This document shows positions 48,607-57,984 of a DNA stretch of 64,000 nucleotides, in pieces (the first letter of the stretch is position 1; the number at the start of each line of letters is the position of its first letter). The notes under the pieces were generated by a model, which saw only the letters and a list, made by a program, of their open reading frames with translations, did not search any database and was not told the origin of the DNA. Source of the DNA: an uncultured Chloroflexia bacterium (GTDB lineage Bacteria > Chloroflexota > Dehalococcoidia > UBA2979); contig CAVSIV010000006.1 in the NCBI GenBank assembly GCA_963728205.1, forward strand, positions 256,001 through 320,000. Direction: 5' to 3'. The position numbers were made by a program, and so were the translations under genes.

Positions 48607-49224
48607 ATGAAGGTCCGCGACGCCTGGCCCGGCAAGCTCCGCATCGACAGCACGCGCATCGCCGTGGTGGCGGACACGCACGTCGACGAGGACGGCTGGG
48701 GCTCGCCGCCCGAGCTGCTCGAGGCGCTGCGCGGCGTCGAGCTGATCCTGCACTGCGGCGACCTCGACGTGCTCGGCGTGCTCGACCACCTGGAGACCGT
48801 GGCGCCGGTGCTGGCCGTGCGCGGCTACCCCGACCCGCGCGAGGACGGCGACCGACTCGCGGAGGAGGCGCGCGTCGTCGAAGTGGACGGCGTGCGCATC
48901 GGCATGCTGCACGACCCGCGCTGGCTCGGCCCCGAGGTGCGGTGGACGCACACGCTCGAGTTCCCGCCCGGCTGGTCGGTCGACGACCTGCTCGAGCGGC
49001 GGTTCGGCCAGCGCGTCGACGTCGTCTGCTTCGGCGACACGCATGACGAGTTCATCGGCACCTACCAGGGCGTGCTGTTCGTGAACCCCGGCAGCACGAC
49101 GCGCCCGAACACGCGCCACACGCGCGACGACCTCGGCACGTTCGCGCTGCTGGACGTGAAGCGCGGCGTGGTGTCGGCAGAGATCCGGAAGCTGCGGCGG
49201 GCCACCGGCGAGCAGCGGGCATAG
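48607..49224 (+). CDS. Metallophosphoesterase (YfcE/MJ0936-like)
   Basis: ADTH, HCGD, VRGYPD, LH, FGDTH, NPGS. Confidence 0.88.
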   Translation: MKVRDAWPGKLRIDSTRIAVVADTHVDEDGWGSPPELLEALRGVELILHCGDLDVLGVLDHLETVAPVLAVRGYPDPREDGDRLAEEARVVEVDGVRIGMLHDPRWLGPEVRWTHTLEFPPGWSVDDLLERRFGQRVDVVCFGDTHDEFIGTYQGVLFVNPGSTTRPNTRHTRDDLGTFALLDVKRGVVSAEIRKLRRATGEQRA

Positions 49225-49249
49225 ACGCCCGCCGCGTCCCGGCGAGCGG

Positions 49250-50650
49250 CTACTCCCCGCCGGGGTCGCCCGCGCGCAGAGGGTTCGTGAACGCGCGACC
49301 CATGTCGCGCAGGTCGGCGCCGAGCGCGTCGCCCGCAGGGTGGCGGCCGTCGACCACCCAGCCCACGAGGTCGTTCCACGCGGAGGTGAGCTCCGGGGCG
49401 CTGAACTGGCAGTGGCCGGCGGCGCGGATCGCGCGCTGCACCAGCAGGTCGCCGCGACCGGCGGCGTCGACGGCCGCGCGGTAGGCGACCTCCTGCGCAA
49501 TCGGCACGTAGAGGTCGCCCGTGTCGTGCAGCGTCAGCAGCGGCACGGTGATGCGGCCCGTCGTCGGCGAGAGCTCCGGGTGAGCGGCCGGATCGCGCAG
49601 CGAGAGGTCGGCGGCAAGGCGCTCGATCCCGGCGTTCACCTCGGCGTCGGTGTAGCCCAGGCCGGGGTCGACGGCGTAGCGCACGGCGTCGTTCGTCGCG
49701 GCGCGGCCGGCGAGCGTCGTGCGGTCGGGGTCGAACAGCAGCAGCCCGAAGTTCGGCAGGTACTGGCGCCGGAAGCCCTCGTCGAAGAACGGGCGCGGGC
49801 CGCCGGTGAGGTTGCGGATCATGCTCTCGAACGCGAGCGCGGCGGGCGTCGTGCCGGGGTCGCCGAGCGCGGGGAACAGGCGCGTCGTGAGGGCATCGGC
49901 GACGCTCGCGCCCCCGTCGCCGATCGGCAGCGGCACGCCCGCGAAGTACGCGGCGCCGAACCACCACGACAGCAGGTAGTCGATCTCGGTCTCGTTGCCG
50001 AGCGCGCCGCAGGCCGACAGCGCCCCGGCGTAGGCGCCGGGGTAGCGCTCGAGCGACAGCGCGACGACGGCCCCGCCCATCGACTCGCCGGCGATGTAGG
50101 TGCGCGACGGCGTGCCGAAGCGCTGCGCGAAGTACGCCTTCAGCGCGAGGGTGTCGTCGGCGCCCATGCCCGGCACCCAGCCGTTGGCGCGGTAGCTGCT
50201 CGCGGCCCAGGCGTAGCCCTCGTCGATGAAGGCCTGGCGCAGGGCGGCGGGCGGGTTGGAGACGGTGAGCTGAGTGCTGAAGCCCGAGAAGCCGTGCGCC
50301 CAGAGCACGAGCTCGCCGTTCCAGTGAGCCGGGATCTCGACGCGATAGTGGGCGCCGTCCAGCCGGCCGGCATAGGACGCGGCGCCGGGCAGCGGCTCGA
50401 ACTCGGTGGGCGACGGCGATGCGGCGGTGCCGAGGTCGTCCGTGGGCGCGCCGGCGTCGGGCGAGGCGGCCGGCGTGGCGACGACGGCGATGGCGCGCGC
50501 GGCCGGCGCGGTCGCGGTGCCGCCGGCCGTCGCGGCCACGATGCTGGCGCTCGCGCGCGGAGGCGTCGCCGCCGGGGACTGCGAGGCGCCGCACGCCGCG
50601 AGCAGCAGCGCGCAGCCGAGCGCGAAGACCGCGAACGGCTTCGAGATCAA
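49250..50650 (-). CDS. Lipoprotein alpha/beta hydrolase (tannase-like fold), start uncertain
   Basis: Lipobox LAAC; WNGELVLWAHG, GESMGG, GDLYVP, GHCQF; TTG start assumed. Confidence 0.8.
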   Translation of the reverse strand: MISKPFAVFALGCALLLAACGASQSPAATPPRASASIVAATAGGTATAPAARAIAVVATPAASPDAGAPTDDLGTAASPSPTEFEPLPGAASYAGRLDGAHYRVEIPAHWNGELVLWAHGFSGFSTQLTVSNPPAALRQAFIDEGYAWAASSYRANGWVPGMGADDTLALKAYFAQRFGTPSRTYIAGESMGGAVVALSLERYPGAYAGALSACGALGNETEIDYLLSWWFGAAYFAGVPLPIGDGGASVADALTTRLFPALGDPGTTPAALAFESMIRNLTGGPRPFFDEGFRRQYLPNFGLLLFDPDRTTLAGRAATNDAVRYAVDPGLGYTDAEVNAGIERLAADLSLRDPAAHPELSPTTGRITVPLLTLHDTGDLYVPIAQEVAYRAAVDAAGRGDLLVQRAIRAAGHCQFSAPELTSAWNDLVGWVVDGRHPAGDALGADLRDMGRAFTNPLRAGDPGGE

Positions 50651-50842
50651 CGCACGCCTGCCGTGGCCATCATCCGCCTCCCCGCACCGCGGGACGACGC
50701 ATCCGACCGTCACAGGCCAGCGCGGGCACCCGCCGCGGCGAGCCCGGCGGGGCCGTCTGTGCGAGGGGTTCGGAGGGAGCGGGGGTGTGTCCCCCACTGT
50801 GCGGCGGATCATAGAGCGGCGCCGCCGTGCAGGCGAGCGGCA

Positions 50843-50929
50843 GGCACACGGCAGGCGCACCGCTGGCACACGGCAGGCGCACCGCTGGCACACGGCAGGC
50901 GCACGGCGGGCGTAACGCCTGCCGCTCCC
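50843..50929. repeat. 22-bp tandem repeat (about 2.8 copies) abutting a family B copy
   Basis: GGCACACGGCAGGCGCACCGCT repeated; family B copy at 50902-50929 (-). Confidence 0.75.
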
Positions 50930-51018
50930 GGCGGCCCCCGCAGTTGCGCGGGCCAGGGTGACCCCGCGGGCCGCGCGAGCAGCGCGCGTATGCGCGCCGC
51001 TCGCCGTCGCGCGCGCCG

Positions 51019-52108
51019 TCAGCGCTGCGCCAGCTCCACCCGCCGGCCCTCGCGCGCGGAGGCGCGGATTGCGTCCAGCACCACCTGGCCGCGCGCACCG
51101 TCGGCGAAGCTCGGCGCGGGGGAGGTGCCCGCGCGGATGCCGCGCGCGAACTCGCGCACCAGCAGCCGGAACGCGCCGAGGCGCTGGTCGCGGTCGTCCG
51201 CGATGGGGCGGAACCGCTCGGGCATCGGCAGCTCCGCGAGCGCGCGGTCGGCGGCGGCGGCCGCGAGCACCACGCCGTCGGGCTCGGGGTTGGGCCCGCG
51301 CTGCGTCGCGACCATCGCGCCGTCGCTCCCCGTCACGACGATGCGCGCGCCCTGGCCGGGCGACACCGCCGACGACGCCACCATCGTCGCAATCACGCCG
51401 CTCGCGAAGGTGAGGGTGAACTGGAAGGTGTCGTCGGCGTCGGCGCGCACGGGCGCGAGCGTCTCCGGGTCGCGCCGCTCCGGCCGCAGCGTCGCGAGCG
51501 TGCCCTGCGCCGACGCGACCTCGCCGAACCAGTGGCGGAAGGCGTCGACGTAATGCGAGCCGAGCGCCCCGAGCAGCCCGCCGCCTTCGGCGGCCCACGC
51601 CGACCACGACGCCACGGGCGGCTCCGTCGGCGCCGGCCGGCCGAGGAAGAGCTCGGCCGACGCCAGCTGCGGCATGCCGATGGCGCCGGCGTCGAGCCGC
51701 TCCTTAATCTGCGCGCGCTGCGGCGCGAAGCGGAACTCGTGCGCGACCATCGCGGTCAACCCGCGCCGCTCCGCCTCGGCCCGCATCTCCTCCGCCTCGG
51801 CGGCGCTCAGCGCGAACGGCTTCTCGCAGAGCACGTGCTTGCCGGCCGCCAGCGCCGCGAGCGCGAATCTCGTGGTGCGCCGCCGGCGGCGTCGCGATCG
51901 CGACCGCGTCGAGGTCGTCGCGCGCGACCAGCTCGCGCCAGTCGGTGTGCACGTCGCCGACGCCGAGCCCCGCGGCGGCGCTGCGCGCGCGCTCCTCGTG
52001 GCGGCTCCACAGCGCGCGCACCTCCCAGCCCTCCGAGAGAAACCCGGGGATGTGCACCGCCGCGCCGAACCCGACGCCGATCACGCCGACGCGCAGCGGC
52101 TCCGTCAT
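51019..52108 (-). pseudogene. Gfo/Idh/MocA oxidoreductase with +1 frameshift (or sequencing error)
   Basis: MTEPLRVGVIGVGFG...ATPPAAHHEI in one frame and ALAAGKHVLCEKP in another; extra base at 51866-51867. Confidence 0.85.
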
Positions 52109-53094
52109 GCGATCTCCCCCATCACCGGCGCATGCGACCCGCCGGCCCGCAACGCGCGCCGCCACGCCGCGGGCGGCTCGCCCGCGTGCCGGCGGAACGC
52201 CCGGTTGAACGCGGCCTCGGACTCGTAGCCGACCGCGGACGCGATCGCCGCAATCGACTCGCGCGACTCGATCAGCTGCTGCGCCGCCATCTCCATCCGC
52301 CACGCCGCGAGATATCGCATCGGCGGCATCCGCACGACTTCCGTGAAGCGCTGGTTCAGCATCGACCGCGACGCGCCCACCGCGTTCGCCAGCTCGGCGG
52401 TCGACCAGCGGCGGTCGGGGCTTGCGTGCAGCAGCGCCAGTGCGCGCCCGACGACCGGGTCGTCGAGCGCCCCCAGCCAGCCGCCGACCGCGTGCTCCTC
52501 GACGTAGCGCTGGATGACGTCGATGAAGAGCAGCTCCGTCAGCCGCTCGACCAGCGCCGCGCCGCCCGGCCGGTGCTCCAGCGTCTCGGTGAAGGTCCGC
52601 TCGAGCGTGAGCGTGAGCCAGTCGCTGCGGTCGGCGTCGTGCCGGACGACGACCACCTCAGGGAGTGCGTCGATCAGCGGGTTGAAGATGCGGCCGTCGC
52701 AGTGAAAGAAGCCGCAGAGTGCGGCGGACGGCGGGCCGTTGCCACCCCAGCGCAGCGTGGGGGGCATGCCGGCGATCGCGTGCTGGAGGCTGCCGACCGG
52801 CACCGCGGACCGGCCGGGCGTATCGGTGAGCGTGTGCACCGCGCCGTGCGGGAGCACAACAACGTCCCCCGTCCGCAGCTGGACGGGTTCCCCGCCGAGG
52901 ACGTCGAACCAGATCTCGCCGCGCGTGACGAGGTGGAACGGCATGAGGTGCAGGGCGCCGGGCGCGTACGACGCGATGATGTCCTCGACACCGAGCGCAG
53001 TCACCGCGTAGGGCGCGCGCAACTCGACGCGGAAGAACATCCCGCCCGAGAGCCGGACGGCGCCGAGGACGGCGGACAGCGTGTCTGCGGGCAT
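52105..53094 (-). CDS. AraC-family regulator with cupin N-terminal domain
   Basis: DTLSAVLGAVRL, FHLVTRG, GDVVVLPHG, VGYESEAAFNRAFRR. Confidence 0.93.
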   Translation of the reverse strand: MPADTLSAVLGAVRLSGGMFFRVELRAPYAVTALGVEDIIASYAPGALHLMPFHLVTRGEIWFDVLGGEPVQLRTGDVVVLPHGAVHTLTDTPGRSAVPVGSLQHAIAGMPPTLRWGGNGPPSAALCGFFHCDGRIFNPLIDALPEVVVVRHDADRSDWLTLTLERTFTETLEHRPGGAALVERLTELLFIDVIQRYVEEHAVGGWLGALDDPVVGRALALLHASPDRRWSTAELANAVGASRSMLNQRFTEVVRMPPMRYLAAWRMEMAAQQLIESRESIAAIASAVGYESEAAFNRAFRRHAGEPPAAWRRALRAGGSHAPVMGEIA

Positions 53095-53097
53095 CTC

Positions 53098-53132
53098 GGA
53101 CGCTCGGTCAATCACCCCGGACGGACGGTCAA
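53098..53132 (+). promoter_or_regulatory. AraC-type direct repeat operator
   Basis: GGACGCTCGGTCAA and GGACGGACGGTCAA at 21-nt offset between the divergent araC and ACAD genes. Confidence 0.65.
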
Positions 53133-53197
53133 GGCCGCGCCTGCGGCGTCCGCCATCCTAGCGCATGCCACGAGGGGCACCCGGGAGGGAGCGTGCG

Positions 53198-54355
53198 ATG
53201 GGTGACATGGACTGGATGCGGATCATCGAGACGATCGGCCCGCGCTTCGCCGAGGGTGCGGAGGCGCGCGACGCCGACGACACGTTCATCGCGGCGCACT
53301 ACGACGCGTTCCGGGATCACGGCCTGCTCGCGATGATGATCCCCGCGGCGCTCGGCGGAGGCGGCGCGCCGCACTCGGTCGTGTGCGCGGCGCTGCGGCG
53401 GCTCGCCACCTTCGACGCCTCGGCGGCGCTCGCGCTGTCGATGCACCAGCACCTGGTGGCCGCGCAGGTCTTCAACCACCTGCAGGGCAAGCCTGCACCG
53501 ATCCTCGAGCGGGTCGCGCGGGACGGGGTCGTGCTGGTGAGCACGGGCGCGCGCGACTGGCTCGAGTCGAACGGCGAGACGCGGCGCGTCGACGGCGGCT
53601 TCCGCGTCAGCGCCCGCAAGGCGTTCGCGTCGGGCAGCCCGGCCGGCGGCGTCGCCGTCACGAGCGCCCCGTACCTGGACCCCGACGCGGGGTGGCAGGT
53701 GCTGCACTTCGCGGTGCCGATGAGCGCCGAGGGCGTGAGCCTGCTCGACGACTGGCAGGTGCACGGGATGCGCGCCACGGGGTCGCGCACGCTCGTCTTC
53801 GACGACGTCTTCGTCCCCGACGCCGCCGTGAGCCTGCGGCGCCCGCGCGGCGAGTTCCACGGGGTGTGGAACGTCGTGCTGACGGTCGCGATGCCGCTGA
53901 TCGCGGGCGTCTACGTCGGCGTGGCGGAGCGCGCGGCCGAGATCGGGCTGCGCTGCGCGGCCGGCCACGCGCAGGACGCGACCGTGCAGTGGGCGGTGGG
54001 CGAGATGCGGAGCGCGCTGGTCGTCGCGCACACCTGCCACGACCGGATGGTCGCGCTGGCGGCGGATCTCGCGTTCGAGCCGACGCTCGACCGGTCGGAC
54101 GAGATCCTCGTGCTGAAGACGCAGGCGGTGGAGTCCGCGCGCGGTGCGGTGGAGCGGGCGATGGAGGCCGCCGGCGGCGCCGGGTTCTACCGGCGCACCG
54201 GGCTCGAGCGACTGCTGCGCGACGTGCGCGCCGGCCACTATCACCCGCTGCCGGCGAAGCAGCAGGCGTCGTTCACGGGCCGGCACGCGCTCGGGCTGGC
54301 GCCGGTTGAGTGGGAGGCGCCGCGGGCGGAGGCGGAGCTCGTCGGCGCGCAGTGA
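53198..54355 (+). CDS. Acyl-CoA dehydrogenase-fold flavoprotein
   Basis: IPAALGGGG, RKAFASG, GMRATGS, LERLLRD. Confidence 0.9.
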   Translation: MGDMDWMRIIETIGPRFAEGAEARDADDTFIAAHYDAFRDHGLLAMMIPAALGGGGAPHSVVCAALRRLATFDASAALALSMHQHLVAAQVFNHLQGKPAPILERVARDGVVLVSTGARDWLESNGETRRVDGGFRVSARKAFASGSPAGGVAVTSAPYLDPDAGWQVLHFAVPMSAEGVSLLDDWQVHGMRATGSRTLVFDDVFVPDAAVSLRRPRGEFHGVWNVVLTVAMPLIAGVYVGVAERAAEIGLRCAAGHAQDATVQWAVGEMRSALVVAHTCHDRMVALAADLAFEPTLDRSDEILVLKTQAVESARGAVERAMEAAGGAGFYRRTGLERLLRDVRAGHYHPLPAKQQASFTGRHALGLAPVEWEAPRAEAELVGAQ

Positions 54356-54477
54356 GGAGCCGGGGGCGGCAGGGCGAAGGCGCTACCTGCGCAAGGGCGC
54401 CCGTCCGACCTCTGCGGTGCGGCGCGGCGGCACGGCGCGACGTGGACGCGCCGGGGGGCGCTCCGTACTCTGGCTAC

Positions 54478-54519
54478 GGGCCCGTAGCTCAGCGGTAGAG
54501 CAGTGGACTTTTAATCCAT
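54478..54519 (+). tRNA. 5' half of tRNA-Lys(UUU); T-arm and 3' acceptor strand absent (att junction or pseudo-tRNA)
   Basis: GGGCCCG-TA-GCTCAGCGGTAGAGC-A-GTGGA-CTTTTAA-TCCAT, then unrelated sequence with no GTTCGA. Confidence 0.85.
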
Positions 54520-54618
54520 CGTCACCCCGCCACGCAGTCGCACGGCGAGCCACTTTCCAGGTGTGATCAGGTGTGGATCGACGGACCGGCGCCACCACAG
54601 AGCACTGCGAACGCCCGG

Positions 54619-54890
54619 ATGGCACTCGCTCTTGTCGGGGAATTGTCGGGGAGATTCTCGAAGCAGGCCGTCGCGGCCACTGCGTGGTGCCGGTCGGGTT
54701 GGTATCAGCAACTGCTCGGGGCGGTTGAGCGGGCTCGGGCCACGGCGCCGGTCGCAGAATCGACTCCCGAGGAAGCAGAGGAATGCTTACGGCGACAGAT
54801 CGCGCCGACGTTCGCTGCACTCGCTCGGCTCGAGATGCTGGATATCGCGTCGGTGCTACACGAGGGCAGGCGGCGAGATTCTCGGTATTC
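54619..54890 (+). pseudogene. Possible C-terminal remnant of a Rep_trans/MOB_T (replication initiator/relaxase) gene
   Basis: WYQQLLGAVERAR...TPEEAEECLRRQIAPTFAAL resembles the recalled C-terminal 'W..RQVAPTL' segment. Boundaries approximate. Confidence 0.35.
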
Positions 54891-54995
54891 GCCCGTTGGT
54901 CGCACGGCTTCGGGGCTAGCGCCGCTCACCGCTCGTGGTACCGGCCCACCCCAAGCCCCAGCGCTCACGGAGGCAAGAACGGGCGGCGGGCGAGC

Positions 54996-55619
54996 CTACT
55001 TCTCAGCCTCGCGACGTGCAGCGAGCGCTCGTGCTGTCATGTCCTGCATTTCGGCTTGGGTGACCTTGATGCTCTTGAGAAGGCGGCTCGTTTCCTTGTC
55101 GACTACGGCCCTCTGTTGCGTGCACATCGACAAGGCTGCTGCAACGCGCCCGCGGTCGAATGCAATGCCGTCCTTTCTCGAATAGACGGCGCGCCGTTGT
55201 TCGCCTGCCCACATTCGATACAACTCTAAGGAAGTCGTGCTCAGACCGTTCAGCGCCGTGGCTTCATCCGGTACGTCGAGCGCGGTCTGCTGCGCGACCA
55301 ACGCCCCGGCCTCCACCGCCAGGGTGTCGGCTGCCACAGCGAGAGCCGCTAACGATGATGGGCCCTCTCCTGCGCGCGTGAGGGCGATGATGGCCGCGTC
55401 CCAGTGGTCGGCGGTCAAGTCTTGCCGAGCGAGAACCTCGTTCTCGCTGTTGATGTAGTCGAGAATCGACTGGCGACGTTCTCCGCTTATCCGGCTTCCG
55501 AAGAGTGGCACGCTGTCCCCCGTAATCCCGGCTAAGTCTACCGCCCGCCCGTTGCTGCCGAGACCGAGTGGGCCACGCCGCTCCTTGGTCAGTTCGGCGA
55601 GAACTCTTCGATCCCTCAT
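54996..55619 (-). CDS. Hypothetical helical protein
   Basis: Island ORF; TGATG overlap with the upstream ORF. Confidence 0.65.
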   Translation of the reverse strand: MRDRRVLAELTKERRGPLGLGSNGRAVDLAGITGDSVPLFGSRISGERRQSILDYINSENEVLARQDLTADHWDAAIIALTRAGEGPSSLAALAVAADTLAVEAGALVAQQTALDVPDEATALNGLSTTSLELYRMWAGEQRRAVYSRKDGIAFDRGRVAAALSMCTQQRAVVDKETSRLLKSIKVTQAEMQDMTARALAARREAEK

Positions 55620-56272
55620 CAATCAGTGAAGAAGCGCGCGGGCATCCCCATCATCCCCCCGGCGAAGCGCCTCTGAAAATCGAAATCGGTCATGGGCGGC
55701 AGGCCGATGGATGCCCGAACCGTGTTGAACGCTGCACAGTTCACTTGAAGCCATGCCTCCCGCTTCATCCCTACCTTCGCGATCAGTTCATTCAGGCTCG
55801 CCGCGCTTTGGTTGAGAGCCGCGTTCTCCGCTGAGTCGAGGCGAGTCATTTCGTCGCCCACATCGAGCGCCGGGTCGTTACTCCACGCGACGAAGCCCTG
55901 ATGCTGGAGCGCGGTGCGCTGTTGAAGGACGCTAATCAACGAGGTGCACTCGTCGTACACCCGAGCCGACAAGGTCTCAGTCGGCCTCGCGGCCGCCCGA
56001 TGCTGTCCCTCCATCAGGCCAAATATCCCCACCTTCTCTTCAAGCGCCGGCAGCACGTAAGCGATCACCGAAGTGGGATCAGCGACATCCGCTTGTGGTC
56101 GGTATAACCCTTCGTTGGTCGGTGTCCCCGCCCCGGTCGCGAACGCTAGGGCATCGTTGTACCTCTCCATAGCGAGTTGCTGGTACGCGAACATTGTTTG
56201 GCAGTGACGAATCAAGGCAACAGCGATCGCCTTGTCCGATCCAGACAGTCCAGACCCAAATGGCCATGGCAT
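55619..56272 (-). CDS. Hypothetical helical protein
   Basis: MPWPFGSGLSG start with AAGAAGG RBS. Confidence 0.7.
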   Translation of the reverse strand: MPWPFGSGLSGSDKAIAVALIRHCQTMFAYQQLAMERYNDALAFATGAGTPTNEGLYRPQADVADPTSVIAYVLPALEEKVGIFGLMEGQHRAAARPTETLSARVYDECTSLISVLQQRTALQHQGFVAWSNDPALDVGDEMTRLDSAENAALNQSAASLNELIAKVGMKREAWLQVNCAAFNTVRASIGLPPMTDFDFQRRFAGGMMGMPARFFTD

Positions 56273-56386
56273 CGACGCGCCTTCTTTCTGCTCCAGGGGC
56301 GCCCTACGACACTTCACTCGCCCGACCCTACACCGCCTCACCGCCGCCGAGGCCGAGCACGCCACGGGGGGGGGCGCCGGGCAAGA

Positions 56387-56737
56387 CTACGGCCGTGGCG
56401 TGTCGCCCTCCCACTCAACCGCCACCAACTTCACGCGCCCGCGCTCTAGCAGTTCGTCCAGCACGACCGGGTACTCGCCGAGCATGCCGCGCGACCCCAG
56501 CGCCGAGCCCGGCGGCCCCGACATGGGCTCGACGTGCAGGCCGCCGGTGCCGATCAGCCAGAGGTAGGGCACGCTGCGCGCTACGCGCCCACTGGCGCGG
56601 CGCTGGCGCAGCATGGTGTCCATCTGGCGGCTGAGCTTGGGGTAGTCGCGCCAGAGGTGCAGGAAGAAGCCGGTGCTGTTGAGCGCGCCCGACGTGGGCT
56701 TGCCTTGGACGATCCGCTCGGCCTTGTCCCCGACCAT
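56387..56737 (-). CDS. Hypothetical protein (116 aa)
   Basis: GC3-biased ORF starting MVGDKAERIVQG. Confidence 0.55.
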   Translation of the reverse strand: MVGDKAERIVQGKPTSGALNSTGFFLHLWRDYPKLSRQMDTMLRQRRASGRVARSVPYLWLIGTGGLHVEPMSGPPGSALGSRGMLGEYPVVLDELLERGRVKLVAVEWEGDTPRP

Positions 56738-56884
56738 CGGCGTGCCCCCGGCGGGAGGGTAGCAGCGCCAGAACGCGCGTTCTATAGTCGAAGGGCACCG
56801 GGTGCGGGTGTTCGCCAGACGGCTGCGCCCATTGCGCACCGCATGCAGCGCGGTTCCGAGCAACCGCAGGGACCAGGCGGCGGG

Positions 56885-57963
56885 ATGACCAACGACGAAA
56901 TCAGCTCCCGTAGCGCGGAGGCCCGCGAGCTCCGGGCGCGTCAGCTTCGGCGAAGCGGTGGTATTACACGAGACGAGTCGCACGCGCGTGGTGCTCGTCC
57001 CTTTCTTCATTCCGCACAGCGACCGAACTGAACTAGCCGTCAAGCTGATTACCTACCGTCGCGGTCAGCCTCCGTTCGAGTGGATGCAGGCTGAGGACAA
57101 ATCGCTATCGCTGGACGGCGCGGCGACCGGGCGGCTGCTCCGCGCGGTGCGGGATCATCTGTCTGTAGTTACCGAGAACCGCGACGGTGACTTTCTCGTG
57201 GTTCAAGTCACCGAGGGGACGGCGAGCGTCGCAGCACATGACCCGGCCCTCGTAGCAACAGCACTCACGAAAGTGCTCAGCCTCACCCGACATCGTCGGG
57301 CACATCAGCGGCGTCGATCTCAGTGATGAGCTTGTACGCGCGCTACGCGGCGCGATCCGACTGTCGGAGATGCGCAACGCCGTCGCAACCCTGCGTGACC
57401 TGCTCGATCGCGGCGAGACGGCTGAACAGATCTATCAGGCGTGGTGCGAGGCGCACCCGTGGGCGTTCGGTAACTCCTATCTCCCAGCCGATCGCGTCCG
57501 GGCCATTAGTGCCGGCGACAAGCTCGATCTCTTGTTGCCAACGGTGATCTCCGGGTACCGCGATATCGTGGAGTTGAAGCGGCCCGACATGGACGTGATG
57601 CAGTACGACTCCGGCCACCGCAACTTCTATTTCTCGGCGGATGCGTCAAAGGCAATCGGTCAGTGCCATAGGTACCTCGACGTGCTCACTGAGGCTGCCG
57701 CTCATGGCTTGCAAGATCACCCGGAGATAGTTGCGTACCATCCACGCGCCACGATCGTGATCGGGCGCACGACGAAATGGAACGATGACGGGTCGCGGGC
57801 CCTGCACGGCCTGAATCGCCGGTTGGTGGACATCACCGTCATGACCTACGACCACCTACTCGCGCAGGGCGAGCGCATCGTCGAGATGCTGAGCACGGCA
57901 CCACCTGACGACGACGTGGAACTCGACCTAGAACATCTCGACCCAGACGAGGTGCCGTTCTAG
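56885..57963 (+). pseudogene. sduA: Shedu anti-phage nuclease SduA (DUF4263) with two apparent +1 frameshifts
   Basis: C-terminal EQIYQ..HPWAFG, DLLL, IVELKRP, AIGQCHRY, IVIGR, TYDHLL. Frame breaks near 56900-56910 and 57280-57286. Confidence 0.8.
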
Positions 57964-57984
57964 AGCAGCCGCAATCGGGGGCGC

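Noticed and set aside
51860-51870. Programmed ribosomal frameshift in the oxidoreductase
   Set aside because: No slippery sequence; a single extra base explains it.
54478-54600. Intact tRNA or intron-containing tRNA
   Set aside because: No T-loop or 3' acceptor strand seen downstream; the break follows the anticodon stem rather than lying in the loop; no intron core recognised.
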